Virus record (IMG/VR): IMGVR_UViG_3300032281_001326
Span: 28-64,027 of that record
Source: a virus
Taxonomy: Duplodnaviria > Caudoviricetes
DNA: 64,000 nt
Strand: one strand, 5' to 3'
Shown here piece after piece: positions 7,980 to 16,500 of this stretch. The notes beneath the pieces were generated by a model. That model saw only the letters and a list, made by a program, of their open reading frames with translations, ran no database searches and was not told the origin of the DNA. Within the stretch, counting starts at the first letter, position 1. Each line of letters begins with the position of its first letter. Made by a program: the position numbers and the translations under genes.

Positions 7980-9992
7980 TTAAAGTAGTAATTTGTTTAT
8001 TCCGTTATGGATATAATTCATTGATCTTTGAGTTGAAAGATGCGGGGTAAAACATATGTCAAACCATCCTGGGTGATCGCCAATTCCCTCCATAAGCATA
8101 TGGTTTTCCATATCTTGCATGTAAGGTATCCAATTTGTTATATTTTTATTTCCTTCAAAAATCTGTTTATATTTAGAATCAGAGGAAACATATAAATCCC
8201 AATTTTCAAAATCATATATGCTTCTAAGACTTTCTATTACTGCAGTAGAAAGAAAGCAGTCTCCTATTGATCTAGGTATAACATATAAGATTTTCTTTTT
8301 TGAATTTTTCAAAATAAAATTATCTAGAACGCTTTTCTTGTTAGTTTTATTTTGTTCTTCTAAGTCTTTTCTGGCGACGTGCCTAAAGTATTGTTCTATT
8401 TGATTTCTTTCAACATTTTTTGACAATTGATCCATCCAATATAAAAATCCATCGTCATCATCTGATACTTCTCTAATTAAAATGTTTTTATAAAGAGATT
8501 TTACCCATTCTTTATTTGCTAAATTTCCATCTATTAATGCATCTGGATTATGATTATGGTTATTTTTTTGAGAAAAGTTACTTTCTTCATCTTGGTCTAC
8601 AAAAGGAGAATTGTCTATAAATTTTTCTATATTTCTGCCAACGTTTTTAATTGAAAAATTTTTTATTACCCATTCTCTAGCTAATTTACCATTCTTCTTT
8701 TTTTCAGAAGGTGACATTTTAATGAATCTATCAAGTTGGTCTGCTATAGAATCAGGCTTAGTGGATGCTTTTATAAATTCTGTTCCATGTTCTATATATT
8801 TATCCCATTTTAATGGAAGAGAATGAGCTTCCTTTTCACAGCATTCTTCTCCACAACTGTAATTTGTAACAAGAGTAATTAATTCTGTAAGTTTGGCTTC
8901 TTGAATGGGTATTTCTTGACCGCCGCTTGTAAACGGATGAGCGTAAACGTCCATTAAGTTATATACCTCATTCAGTTGTTCTTCAGTAACTCCCAAGCCT
9001 ACAGACGTAGTTCTTTGAGAGTTTTTAGTCCCACAGTGCTTACAGTTTTTTCCCTCTGCGGATAAAGGGACCTCTATTTTTTGTCCGTCTTTTGTTAACT
9101 TAAGGCTTCCATTCTCGTTTTTTTCAAAACGAGAGTCTCTATCGTCAAAGGATTTAACTTCATAATTATTACAAACGGGACATACGTATGTAGTCAGTAT
9201 TTCTTTTGTATCAACATTATATTGATCAGCTTGCGATTTTATATTCCACCCTTCTGAAAAACTTGTATGAAAAAGCAAGTATGTATTTTTAATTTCTGGA
9301 TGCCTATCTTTCCAAATTTTATATCCTTCGATTAAGTTAGGAACTAGCTTTCTTAATTGATTTCTAAAAACAAAGCCTATAATAATAGCATCTTTAGGTA
9401 TATTATTTTTTAATCTGAGCTGTTCTCTGTCTTTGTCTTCCAATCTAAAGAATTGATTTGACTCAATTGGTCCATGAACTGTTTTAACGTGCTTATGACC
9501 AAATTTGTGAAGGGCTTTTTCTGCGAAATTACTCCATACCCAGTAATTTTTTATATCCTTGGCTCTTTTTACCGCTGATGGAAGAATAGGGAGTGAGTCA
9601 AGAGTTGTCCATATGCAAGTGGTAATTTTACTAAACCAATTTTTTTCTATTGAAAAGTCTACGCCCCAAAAATCTTGAACACCAATATATACGTCTGGCT
9701 TTATTGTTTTTACGTATTCGTCAATTGTTTGGCTTCCATATCCCGCCATTCTTAAAGCGGATGGATCTTGTGATAATTGGTTATTTTTTTGAAAATCTGA
9801 AACAACGGCTCCATAACTTCGCCACGGGGTAGTCTCTAGCTCTGGGGTGCCTTGAACTACTCCGCAACAAACGTGATGAATTTCATATTTTTTAGTTTCG
9901 TAAAGATACGAAAGAAGAGTTTTCATGGCTCTTCCAAATCCTGTTTTTACAAGTGTAAAATCGGAATGAAATAAAATCTTTTTTTTTCTCAT
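7980..9992 (-). CDS. Multidomain glycosyltransferase: GT4 with Zn-ribbon insert, DUF4214-like domain and GT9 N-terminal domain
   Basis: TGFGR, RNQLRK, VYNLMDVYAHPFTSGGQEIPIQEA (GT4); CPVC...CKHC; LYKNILIRE..DDDGFLYW; ILYVIPRSIGDCFLSTAVIESLR. Confidence 0.8.
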   Translation of the reverse strand: MRKKKILFHSDFTLVKTGFGRAMKTLLSYLYETKKYEIHHVCCGVVQGTPELETTPWRSYGAVVSDFQKNNQLSQDPSALRMAGYGSQTIDEYVKTIKPDVYIGVQDFWGVDFSIEKNWFSKITTCIWTTLDSLPILPSAVKRAKDIKNYWVWSNFAEKALHKFGHKHVKTVHGPIESNQFFRLEDKDREQLRLKNNIPKDAIIIGFVFRNQLRKLVPNLIEGYKIWKDRHPEIKNTYLLFHTSFSEGWNIKSQADQYNVDTKEILTTYVCPVCNNYEVKSFDDRDSRFEKNENGSLKLTKDGQKIEVPLSAEGKNCKHCGTKNSQRTTSVGLGVTEEQLNEVYNLMDVYAHPFTSGGQEIPIQEAKLTELITLVTNYSCGEECCEKEAHSLPLKWDKYIEHGTEFIKASTKPDSIADQLDRFIKMSPSEKKKNGKLAREWVIKNFSIKNVGRNIEKFIDNSPFVDQDEESNFSQKNNHNHNPDALIDGNLANKEWVKSLYKNILIREVSDDDDGFLYWMDQLSKNVERNQIEQYFRHVARKDLEEQNKTNKKSVLDNFILKNSKKKILYVIPRSIGDCFLSTAVIESLRSIYDFENWDLYVSSDSKYKQIFEGNKNITNWIPYMQDMENHMLMEGIGDHPGWFDICFTPHLSTQRSMNYIHNGINKLLL

Positions 9993-10477
9993 TGATTATT
10001 GTTATCTTTGTCTTGGGTTAATTGAGTTTTAAAAATTTCCTCTAGACTTAACTTAAGCCACTCCCTTAGTTTTATGGATTCATCATTTGTAAAACCTACA
10101 GAAAATACGTTTTCTTTATCTTTAGAATCGGAAACTCTAAGCCCAAAGCCAGCCATAACATTATCTTTAATATAAGGAGCAAAAGAAATTGAAACGCCTG
10201 TGTCGTTATTAAATTTATGGAAAGTTGACCATTTTTCTTCTTTCTCAATTGATCTTATAATTCCAGAAACTTCTATATCATTAAATTTGATATTTTTTTT
10301 AGCTTTTGGATTTTCTTTATTTTCTTTGAAAGAACCAATTTTTTTATTTTGATCCCAGCTAAATTGTTTAATAAAAGAGACATACACTCCAGCGTCTGAG
10401 GGGTTAAATGATAATGATACCGCAACACCCTTGTTTAATGAATTCGGCTTATAAAATTGAATATTATTTAATCGCAT
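9989..10477 (-). CDS. Whirly/PC4-like single-stranded nucleic acid binding protein
   Basis: Duplicated beta-beta-beta-beta-alpha pattern: FYK..., IKFNDIEVSGII, STFHK, SVGFTNDESIKLREWL. Confidence 0.55.
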   Translation of the reverse strand: MRLNNIQFYKPNSLNKGVAVSLSFNPSDAGVYVSFIKQFSWDQNKKIGSFKENKENPKAKKNIKFNDIEVSGIIRSIEKEEKWSTFHKFNNDTGVSISFAPYIKDNVMAGFGLRVSDSKDKENVFSVGFTNDESIKLREWLKLSLEEIFKTQLTQDKDNNNQ

Positions 10478-10511
10478 ATTTTTTTTAGTTTATTTAACTA
10501 AATATTATATA

Positions 10512-13112
10512 TTATGCAACCTCTTCTTCAATTAAATCTTGATCTTTTAGATCTCTTAAAGCCATATATATTTTTGCGCTTTGGATTCCAATTTTTTCAG
10601 CATAACAAGCGTTTCCATCTTTTTTGTTTGCCTTAACAACCAGTACGTCGCCTTCTTCTGGTAGTTTTCCGCCGTTATTTTGACGACATTCTTCTAGCTT
10701 ATCTCTTTTGTCACTGCTAAATACGAAGCAGTCTATTTTTCCACCCTCGTCTGACAGTTCATATTTTACATACGGATTGCCATTTTTGGAAGTTCTCTTG
10801 ATTACGTCTGTAACTATTCCAGCAAAAAATATTGACGCTTTCTCTTTAGAGTTATTGCATTCTTCTATACTTTGGATGTTTTCATTTTTTTGTTTAAAAA
10901 TCGCACTTAAGCTTTGACTATATGGCATTCCAAGTAGCTCTTTTTCATAAAAGAAGTTAGCCAGCTTTTCATTTCTGCTATTTAATAGATATATTGTTTT
11001 GAATCTGTCATAGTCTTTTTTGATTGTTGCAAACCTTGAATCTTTTATTATTAATTTACCCTTGTCGTCTTTGATTTCAGTATTAAGCGCCTTTAATGCG
11101 GTTAAAACGTCTTCAAATCTACCTTGCTCTACAAGCTGTTTAACTATTACCTTCTCTTTATCCTTTAAGACATTCCATGTTTGAGCTTCAAGAACCATTC
11201 TGCTTCTGGTTTTTGTATTTAAACTCTCTAGCGCTCCAGCTTGAATAAGAGCAGAAAGAACGCCTATTGAAATCTTCGCTTGCTTTGCGGCGATAAATAA
11301 ATCAATTTTAGAATTATATTCTCCTCTAAAGTTAATCATCTTTTCGATTACTTTTTTACTAATTCCTTTCACTGCGGAAAGACCATATCTAATATTATTC
11401 CCTTCGATTTCAAAGTCTTCTTTGCTTTTCGCTAAGTCTGGAGGTAGAAGAGTAATGCCAAAATGCTTCATTTCTTGGCTGATTGTGCTTATTTCTCCAA
11501 GACTGTCTTGTTCATTTTTAGCCATTCTTAAGAGTGCCAAGAAAAATTCTTTTGGGTGATTGAATTTAAAATAAATCGTGAGAGCCGCCATTGCTGAATA
11601 AGATATGGAATGAGATAAATTGAATTGATATCCGGCGCTGTCTTCGCAAACCTTCCAAATTTGATCGGCTGTTTCTTTTTTTAAGTATTGCTTTTCGCAT
11701 TGTTCGTAAATTTTGGGCTTCCACTTAGCGATTTCTTCTGGAAGCTTTTTCCCAATTGCTCTTCTAATTTCTTCAGAGTCAGTAAGCGAAAATCCGATTT
11801 TATTAAACATAGCCATCACCTGTTCTTGATAGAGACAAATGTTACCGGTTTTTTCTAGTACTGATTCAATTACTGGATCGATTTCAGGCTTCACGCCTGT
11901 TAGTGCATATGTAGCATATTGATCAACGTAATCTAAAGCTCCTGGTCTTGCAAGCGCCACAACCGCACTAAGTTGATCTAAGTTTTTTGGTTGAACTTTT
12001 TTACAAACTTTATAGTTGGTATCTGCTTCAATTTGAAACAACCCTTTTGGGTTTTTTAATTCCTGAAGATGTGCGTAAATATTTTCATAGCTTTCTAGAT
12101 CTATATTTTTATAATCAACTCCGACTAGTTTAGATACCTCATGAATAACAGAAACACTTTTCAACCCAAGTAGGTCTAGTTTGATATTGATCTTAGTAGC
12201 CCAATCCATTGTAAAGGAAGAAACAGACTCTTTGTCGGCTGTTAATTCTGTTGGCGTAGTTTTATTTATATCGTCAAAGCTAACAACAATCCCGGAAGCG
12301 TGAACTCCTTTGTTTCTAATAAGATCTTTCAATTTTAAAGATGTTTCGTATATTAATATATTTTCATCGCACCAATCTTTAAACTCTTCGCTGGTTTCAT
12401 ACATTTCTTCTGGCTCTGCAACTTTTCCGTACTTTGAAGTAAATAGAGATGTAATTTTATTCATTTCCGTTTCTTCTTTTTCTCCAATAATCTTGCCAGC
12501 GTCTTTAATTAGAGCCTTTCCGGAAAGGGTAGAAACCGTTAACATCTTTGATGTTCGGTTTGGATATTTTTCCTCAAGATATTTTACTACTTCTTTTCTT
12601 CTGTAGTAGCAGATGTCACTATCAATATCAGCAATCATCTTTCCATCAAGATAGGTTATTCCGTCGATAACCTGTTTCTTTGCTCTTACCTCTGATACGA
12701 AACGTTGAAAGAAAAGCCCGTATTTGACTGGATCTATTCCTGTTACGCCAAGAAGATAAAGAACTAGGCTTCCAGCCGCGCTTCCTCTTCCAAGTCCAGT
12801 CGGTATATTGTTTTTATTGCAAAAGTTAAAAACATCCCAAATAATTAAAATATAATCTACGAAATCAAGCTTAGATAACGTTTCCACTTCTAGCTTAACT
12901 CTATTCTTATATTCTTCAATATTTAACCCGTCCTGTTTCCATTTTTTTATATTTCTTTTGAAGCCTTGATTGCAAAGCGTTTGCAATATTTCTAGATTTG
13001 AAGCTCCTTCTTTAATATCATACTCGTCTCTATCTTTTGCCGATAAAGAGATTGTGGGGCACCTTACTCCGTAAAGAGGAAGCTCTATATTTTTAAAGTT
13101 TTCTATAAACAT
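10512..13112 (-). CDS. dnaE: DNA polymerase III alpha subunit core, lacking the PHP domain
   Basis: GRGSAAGSLV, ADIDSD, GVHASG, KLDLLGL, YQEQVM, FNLSHS, LLPPD, C-terminal OB fold. Confidence 0.95.
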   Translation of the reverse strand: MFIENFKNIELPLYGVRCPTISLSAKDRDEYDIKEGASNLEILQTLCNQGFKRNIKKWKQDGLNIEEYKNRVKLEVETLSKLDFVDYILIIWDVFNFCNKNNIPTGLGRGSAAGSLVLYLLGVTGIDPVKYGLFFQRFVSEVRAKKQVIDGITYLDGKMIADIDSDICYYRRKEVVKYLEEKYPNRTSKMLTVSTLSGKALIKDAGKIIGEKEETEMNKITSLFTSKYGKVAEPEEMYETSEEFKDWCDENILIYETSLKLKDLIRNKGVHASGIVVSFDDINKTTPTELTADKESVSSFTMDWATKINIKLDLLGLKSVSVIHEVSKLVGVDYKNIDLESYENIYAHLQELKNPKGLFQIEADTNYKVCKKVQPKNLDQLSAVVALARPGALDYVDQYATYALTGVKPEIDPVIESVLEKTGNICLYQEQVMAMFNKIGFSLTDSEEIRRAIGKKLPEEIAKWKPKIYEQCEKQYLKKETADQIWKVCEDSAGYQFNLSHSISYSAMAALTIYFKFNHPKEFFLALLRMAKNEQDSLGEISTISQEMKHFGITLLPPDLAKSKEDFEIEGNNIRYGLSAVKGISKKVIEKMINFRGEYNSKIDLFIAAKQAKISIGVLSALIQAGALESLNTKTRSRMVLEAQTWNVLKDKEKVIVKQLVEQGRFEDVLTALKALNTEIKDDKGKLIIKDSRFATIKKDYDRFKTIYLLNSRNEKLANFFYEKELLGMPYSQSLSAIFKQKNENIQSIEECNNSKEKASIFFAGIVTDVIKRTSKNGNPYVKYELSDEGGKIDCFVFSSDKRDKLEECRQNNGGKLPEEGDVLVVKANKKDGNACYAEKIGIQSAKIYMALRDLKDQDLIEEEVA

Positions 13113-13119
13113 TTTATAA

Positions 13120-13770
13120 TTAAATATCTATTTGATATTTTAGTTTGTTCCAAATTTGGACATTGAGTTCAAGATCATACAATCCATCATGTAGCTTAGA
13201 TTCATCATACTGTATATTGAAATTTGATGCAACCTTTGAAAGAGAATTTTTTGACCCCTTGATTATTTTATTAAGAACCTTGTATTGATAAAAAATAAAA
13301 TCATCTCCTTTTTGGTATGGAATATTATTAAAATATCCTTTTGCAATTGCGAAGGTATCAAATACGGGTTTTTTTGATAAAATATCCGGATAGGGTCTTC
13401 CTAGTTTATTGTAAATGCATTTAATTAAATAAATATCAAACCCTAATATATTGTGCCCCACGATTCCATCGCAGTTGTTTAAGTTTTCAGATAGTATCTT
13501 TAGAGCTTCTATTGGCTTGATCCCTTCTCTTTCCATTCTTTCTTTTGAATACGAGTGAGCCATTGCTTCTGCCCCTTTTGAAAATTTAAAATCGCTGCCC
13601 CAATTAATTAAAATATTTTGATTCTCTCCCTCGACTACTCCTCCTACCGTGTTGATCATCGCCATCTGCCAAGGCAGGTTGAATCTGTAATTAAGACAAA
13701 GGTTTGCTGTTTCAAAGTCAATGAAAAGCAATTTAATTTTTTTATTAAATCTAATAAGGTTTTCTTCCAT
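13120..13770 (-). CDS. DEDDh 3'-5' exonuclease (epsilon/DnaQ-like)
   Basis: IDFET, GHNILGFD, LHDGLYD motifs. Confidence 0.9.
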   Translation of the reverse strand: MEENLIRFNKKIKLLFIDFETANLCLNYRFNLPWQMAMINTVGGVVEGENQNILINWGSDFKFSKGAEAMAHSYSKERMEREGIKPIEALKILSENLNNCDGIVGHNILGFDIYLIKCIYNKLGRPYPDILSKKPVFDTFAIAKGYFNNIPYQKGDDFIFYQYKVLNKIIKGSKNSLSKVASNFNIQYDESKLHDGLYDLELNVQIWNKLKYQIDI

Positions 13771-13771
13771 T

Positions 13772-14530
13772 TTATGAATCCAGTTTTTCTAAAAGTGACT
13801 CTGTGCAAAATTCATCACTACATAGGTGATCAAGATTAGGTTTTTGTAAAGTTGATTTTTTACCAATACATTTCATAGTTAAATATGCGAGGAAATCATC
13901 TTTCATCTCGTAAAAGATGGACTGCATCCTAATTATTTCGCATTCTGCGTAGTTTTTAGAAAGATGTTCAAATAGAGATTTTTTATAGACCCTATCAAAT
14001 GGAATGGAATTATCTTCCCAAAAGAATGTTGGACAACTCCAAAAATCGGGAGGAAAACAATTGTACATTTTCATGTGGTTATTAAACAAAAAGCTGTCAT
14101 AAAACGGAACCCCTATATCTAATGAATCGCTCCATAACTCTTTTAGAGTTTTAAAATCTAACCTTGGTACGTAGTAAAATCCTTTTGATGACGCTGTTGA
14201 AAAAATCCTACAAAGTGACTCATATCCATTTGAGTCTTTCAAAAAGATAATGTATTTCGACTCTGTTTTTATTGAGTTTTCACTTTTGTCGTTTATATCG
14301 GCGCAAAATGTTAAACGAAGTCCGAAGTTTAATTTTATCCCCGTACTTTTAGCGTTATAGTAAGCTTCTAAGAAGCCGCTCATGTTGTCGTCTATTAGGA
14401 AAGAATTTTGCAGATTGTAATTTTTTATCAATCCAAAAATAGATCTTGGTCCAGTCTCGGGGTGAGACTCCGAGAGGGTAAGAATACTTTTATTCAGAGA
14501 ATAATGAGACTTAAAAGCTGGAATAATCAT
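13772..14530 (-). CDS. Stand-alone PHP domain of Pol III alpha
   Basis: KSHYSL, DDNMSGF, GIKLNFG, KDSNGYESL, FYYVPRLD match the DnaE N-terminal PHP domain. Confidence 0.85.
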   Translation of the reverse strand: MIIPAFKSHYSLNKSILTLSESHPETGPRSIFGLIKNYNLQNSFLIDDNMSGFLEAYYNAKSTGIKLNFGLRLTFCADINDKSENSIKTESKYIIFLKDSNGYESLCRIFSTASSKGFYYVPRLDFKTLKELWSDSLDIGVPFYDSFLFNNHMKMYNCFPPDFWSCPTFFWEDNSIPFDRVYKKSLFEHLSKNYAECEIIRMQSIFYEMKDDFLAYLTMKCIGKKSTLQKPNLDHLCSDEFCTESLLEKLDS

Positions 14531-14560
14531 TGTTGATTATTATGTATATATTTTTTTTAA

Positions 14561-15580
14561 TTAAAAATCAAGGAATTGATTGCTCTTGAAGGCCGGGCAG
14601 CCTTCATAGAGCACTGTCTCAACTTGCCAGTTTTTATTTTTTGCCGCTTTTTCTTTTGCCTCATCAAGTTTTAAATGAGAAGACACCTCTGCGTCTTTAC
14701 CTGTTTTTGTGTCGTCTTTTACTTTATAAAAAGTCATTTTATTTTTGTATGGGCATATCCACTTGCCCCTTCCGCATAGCCATGACTTTTCTTTGTCATT
14801 AACTGCGAGATTATTTTTCGCCGAATCCTCGTTAAGGTTTTCAAGTATTTCGGTTATGTACTCCAGGTAATGCTCTAGTCCATCTAACTCTTTTTCAGAA
14901 AACTCATTATGTTGATAAGGGTCTTCTGGAAATCTCATGAAGAAAAAGCTTGCCTTGTAGTTTTTATAATTTTTCCATATCTTTCTTGCTACAAGTGAAT
15001 AAATCATAGCTTGGATATTTGCCTCCTCGTCTTCTCCTTTGAATTTTTTTGAAGAACTCTTATAGTCTAGGATTCTTAGAATTGTCCCTCCCTCTTCTTC
15101 TGAAAGTCTGTCTATAAATCCTCTTACTGCGTATTTAGGATTTTCATTTACTATATCGAATTCGTATTCTGAATGAATTATTTTATTTTTTGATTCTAAG
15201 AATTCGAATTTTAACGTAGTCATTACCATTTCGCATACGCTCTCCCAATTATTTTTAGCGCCATATTTTACTTTTATTGGTTTGACTTGCTCGTTAAGAT
15301 CTAATTTTTCTTTTTTAAATTGTCTTTCTAAGAATTTTTTAACAGCTGGAACTTTTTCTGGACTTCCCGATAGCCATATTTTTTGAACAAAATGGATATG
15401 TTTAGGCTTTGATATTAACTCAAATAAATTATGAACAACCGTCCCTCGGGACGCTCCACTGTTTCCAGACTGCGGTATTTTTAGATTGTAAGAGGCATAG
15501 TACTGCCAAGAGCAGGACGAATATGTTTTTATTTTTGAAGCGCTTAGATATAGCGGTTTGTTTTTTATTTGTTCTTCCAT
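14561..15580 (-). CDS. PD-(D/E)XK exonuclease (Cas4/RecB/AddB-like)
   Basis: LSASKIKTYSSC, GTVVH, RGFIDRL, ILDYKSS, C-terminal Cys cluster (LCG..WICPY...GCP). Confidence 0.85.
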   Translation of the reverse strand: MEEQIKNKPLYLSASKIKTYSSCSWQYYASYNLKIPQSGNSGASRGTVVHNLFELISKPKHIHFVQKIWLSGSPEKVPAVKKFLERQFKKEKLDLNEQVKPIKVKYGAKNNWESVCEMVMTTLKFEFLESKNKIIHSEYEFDIVNENPKYAVRGFIDRLSEEEGGTILRILDYKSSSKKFKGEDEEANIQAMIYSLVARKIWKNYKNYKASFFFMRFPEDPYQHNEFSEKELDGLEHYLEYITEILENLNEDSAKNNLAVNDKEKSWLCGRGKWICPYKNKMTFYKVKDDTKTGKDAEVSSHLKLDEAKEKAAKNKNWQVETVLYEGCPAFKSNQFLDF

Positions 15581-16500
15581 TGTAATATTTGTTCTTCGGT
15601 CATAGATCCAAAGTCGTTTAACTCTGGTAACTTTATTGAGATTTGATCTTTCGAAAAAAAGGTTTCAAGCGTTTTCTTAAAATTTCTTGCCGCTATATTT
15701 CCTGAACCATTAGTTTTACCATTTGCAAAGTCGTTGTTAAATGCTATTGTTATCAAGGATGGGTCAAGTTCAACAAGCAGATAACAAATGTGTTCCAAGG
15801 AATTTAACCCGAAAGAAATAATAAAATTTTTGATACCGGCTTGCCATAGACTTAGTCCGTCTCCGATGCTTTCTATTATAATACATTCTTTTTGATTTTG
15901 AATATGCTCCCTTGTGAGGAAAAGAGGATAGTTCCAGTCGCTCCTTTTGCCTATATGTTTCCATTTTATTTCATTATTTGAGTAAATTGACCTTCCTGAA
16001 AAACCTCTTATTCTCTTGTCTTCATCGAAGATTGGAAAAACATATCTACCAGCCATTTTTCCAGTACAGCATAGTCCTCCTCCAAATTCAGCGAGAGTGT
16101 CATTTTTTATTCCTCTTTTATTCCAATAAGTACTATTATTGGATAGCTTTTTTAAAAGTTCTGGATCAAAAAACTTAATATAATCTAAGCTTATTTCTTC
16201 TTTCATTTTCAAAGTAGAAACAGAAGAAGCATTTATTCCATTTTTTTTTATCCAGTTTTTGCCTGTACCAAAAGAAATTCCGAGAGTCTTTTCAACTAAC
16301 TGCTCTATTCCTCCTGATTCATTTCTGGCAAAATCTACCCATTTGCCATCTAATTTATTTATCTTTAAGGATGTGTCATTATCGGAGTCTCTATAAAGAG
16401 GCTTTGATCTCCATTCTTTTCCTCTATCGTTTAATTTGTACCCAAGCTGTTCTAATACTTGCTTTACATCTTCGGGATTATAATAGGTCGTCGTTTTCAT
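15565..16500 (-). CDS. dnaG: DnaG-like primase (TOPRIM) with Cys-free N-terminal domain
   Basis: YVFPIFDE..GFSGR, ESIGD, FNND; sits next to DnaB; start at ATG 16500 preferred (track 16530). Confidence 0.8.
   Translation of the reverse strand: MKTTTYYNPEDVKQVLEQLGYKLNDRGKEWRSKPLYRDSDNDTSLKINKLDGKWVDFARNESGGIEQLVEKTLGISFGTGKNWIKKNGINASSVSTLKMKEEISLDYIKFFDPELLKKLSNNSTYWNKRGIKNDTLAEFGGGLCCTGKMAGRYVFPIFDEDKRIRGFSGRSIYSNNEIKWKHIGKRSDWNYPLFLTREHIQNQKECIIIESIGDGLSLWQAGIKNFIISFGLNSLEHICYLLVELDPSLITIAFNNDFANGKTNGSGNIAARNFKKTLETFFSKDQISIKLPELNDFGSMTEEQILQWKNK

Noticed and set aside
7970-7982. Stop read-through fusing the two GT9 halves
   Set aside because: Two consecutive TAA codons and a frame offset; only a sequencing error would fuse them.
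14561-15580. Cas4-like nuclease as evidence of a CRISPR system
   Set aside because: No repeat-spacer array or other cas genes are seen; solo Cas4/RecB-like nucleases are common in phage replication modules.
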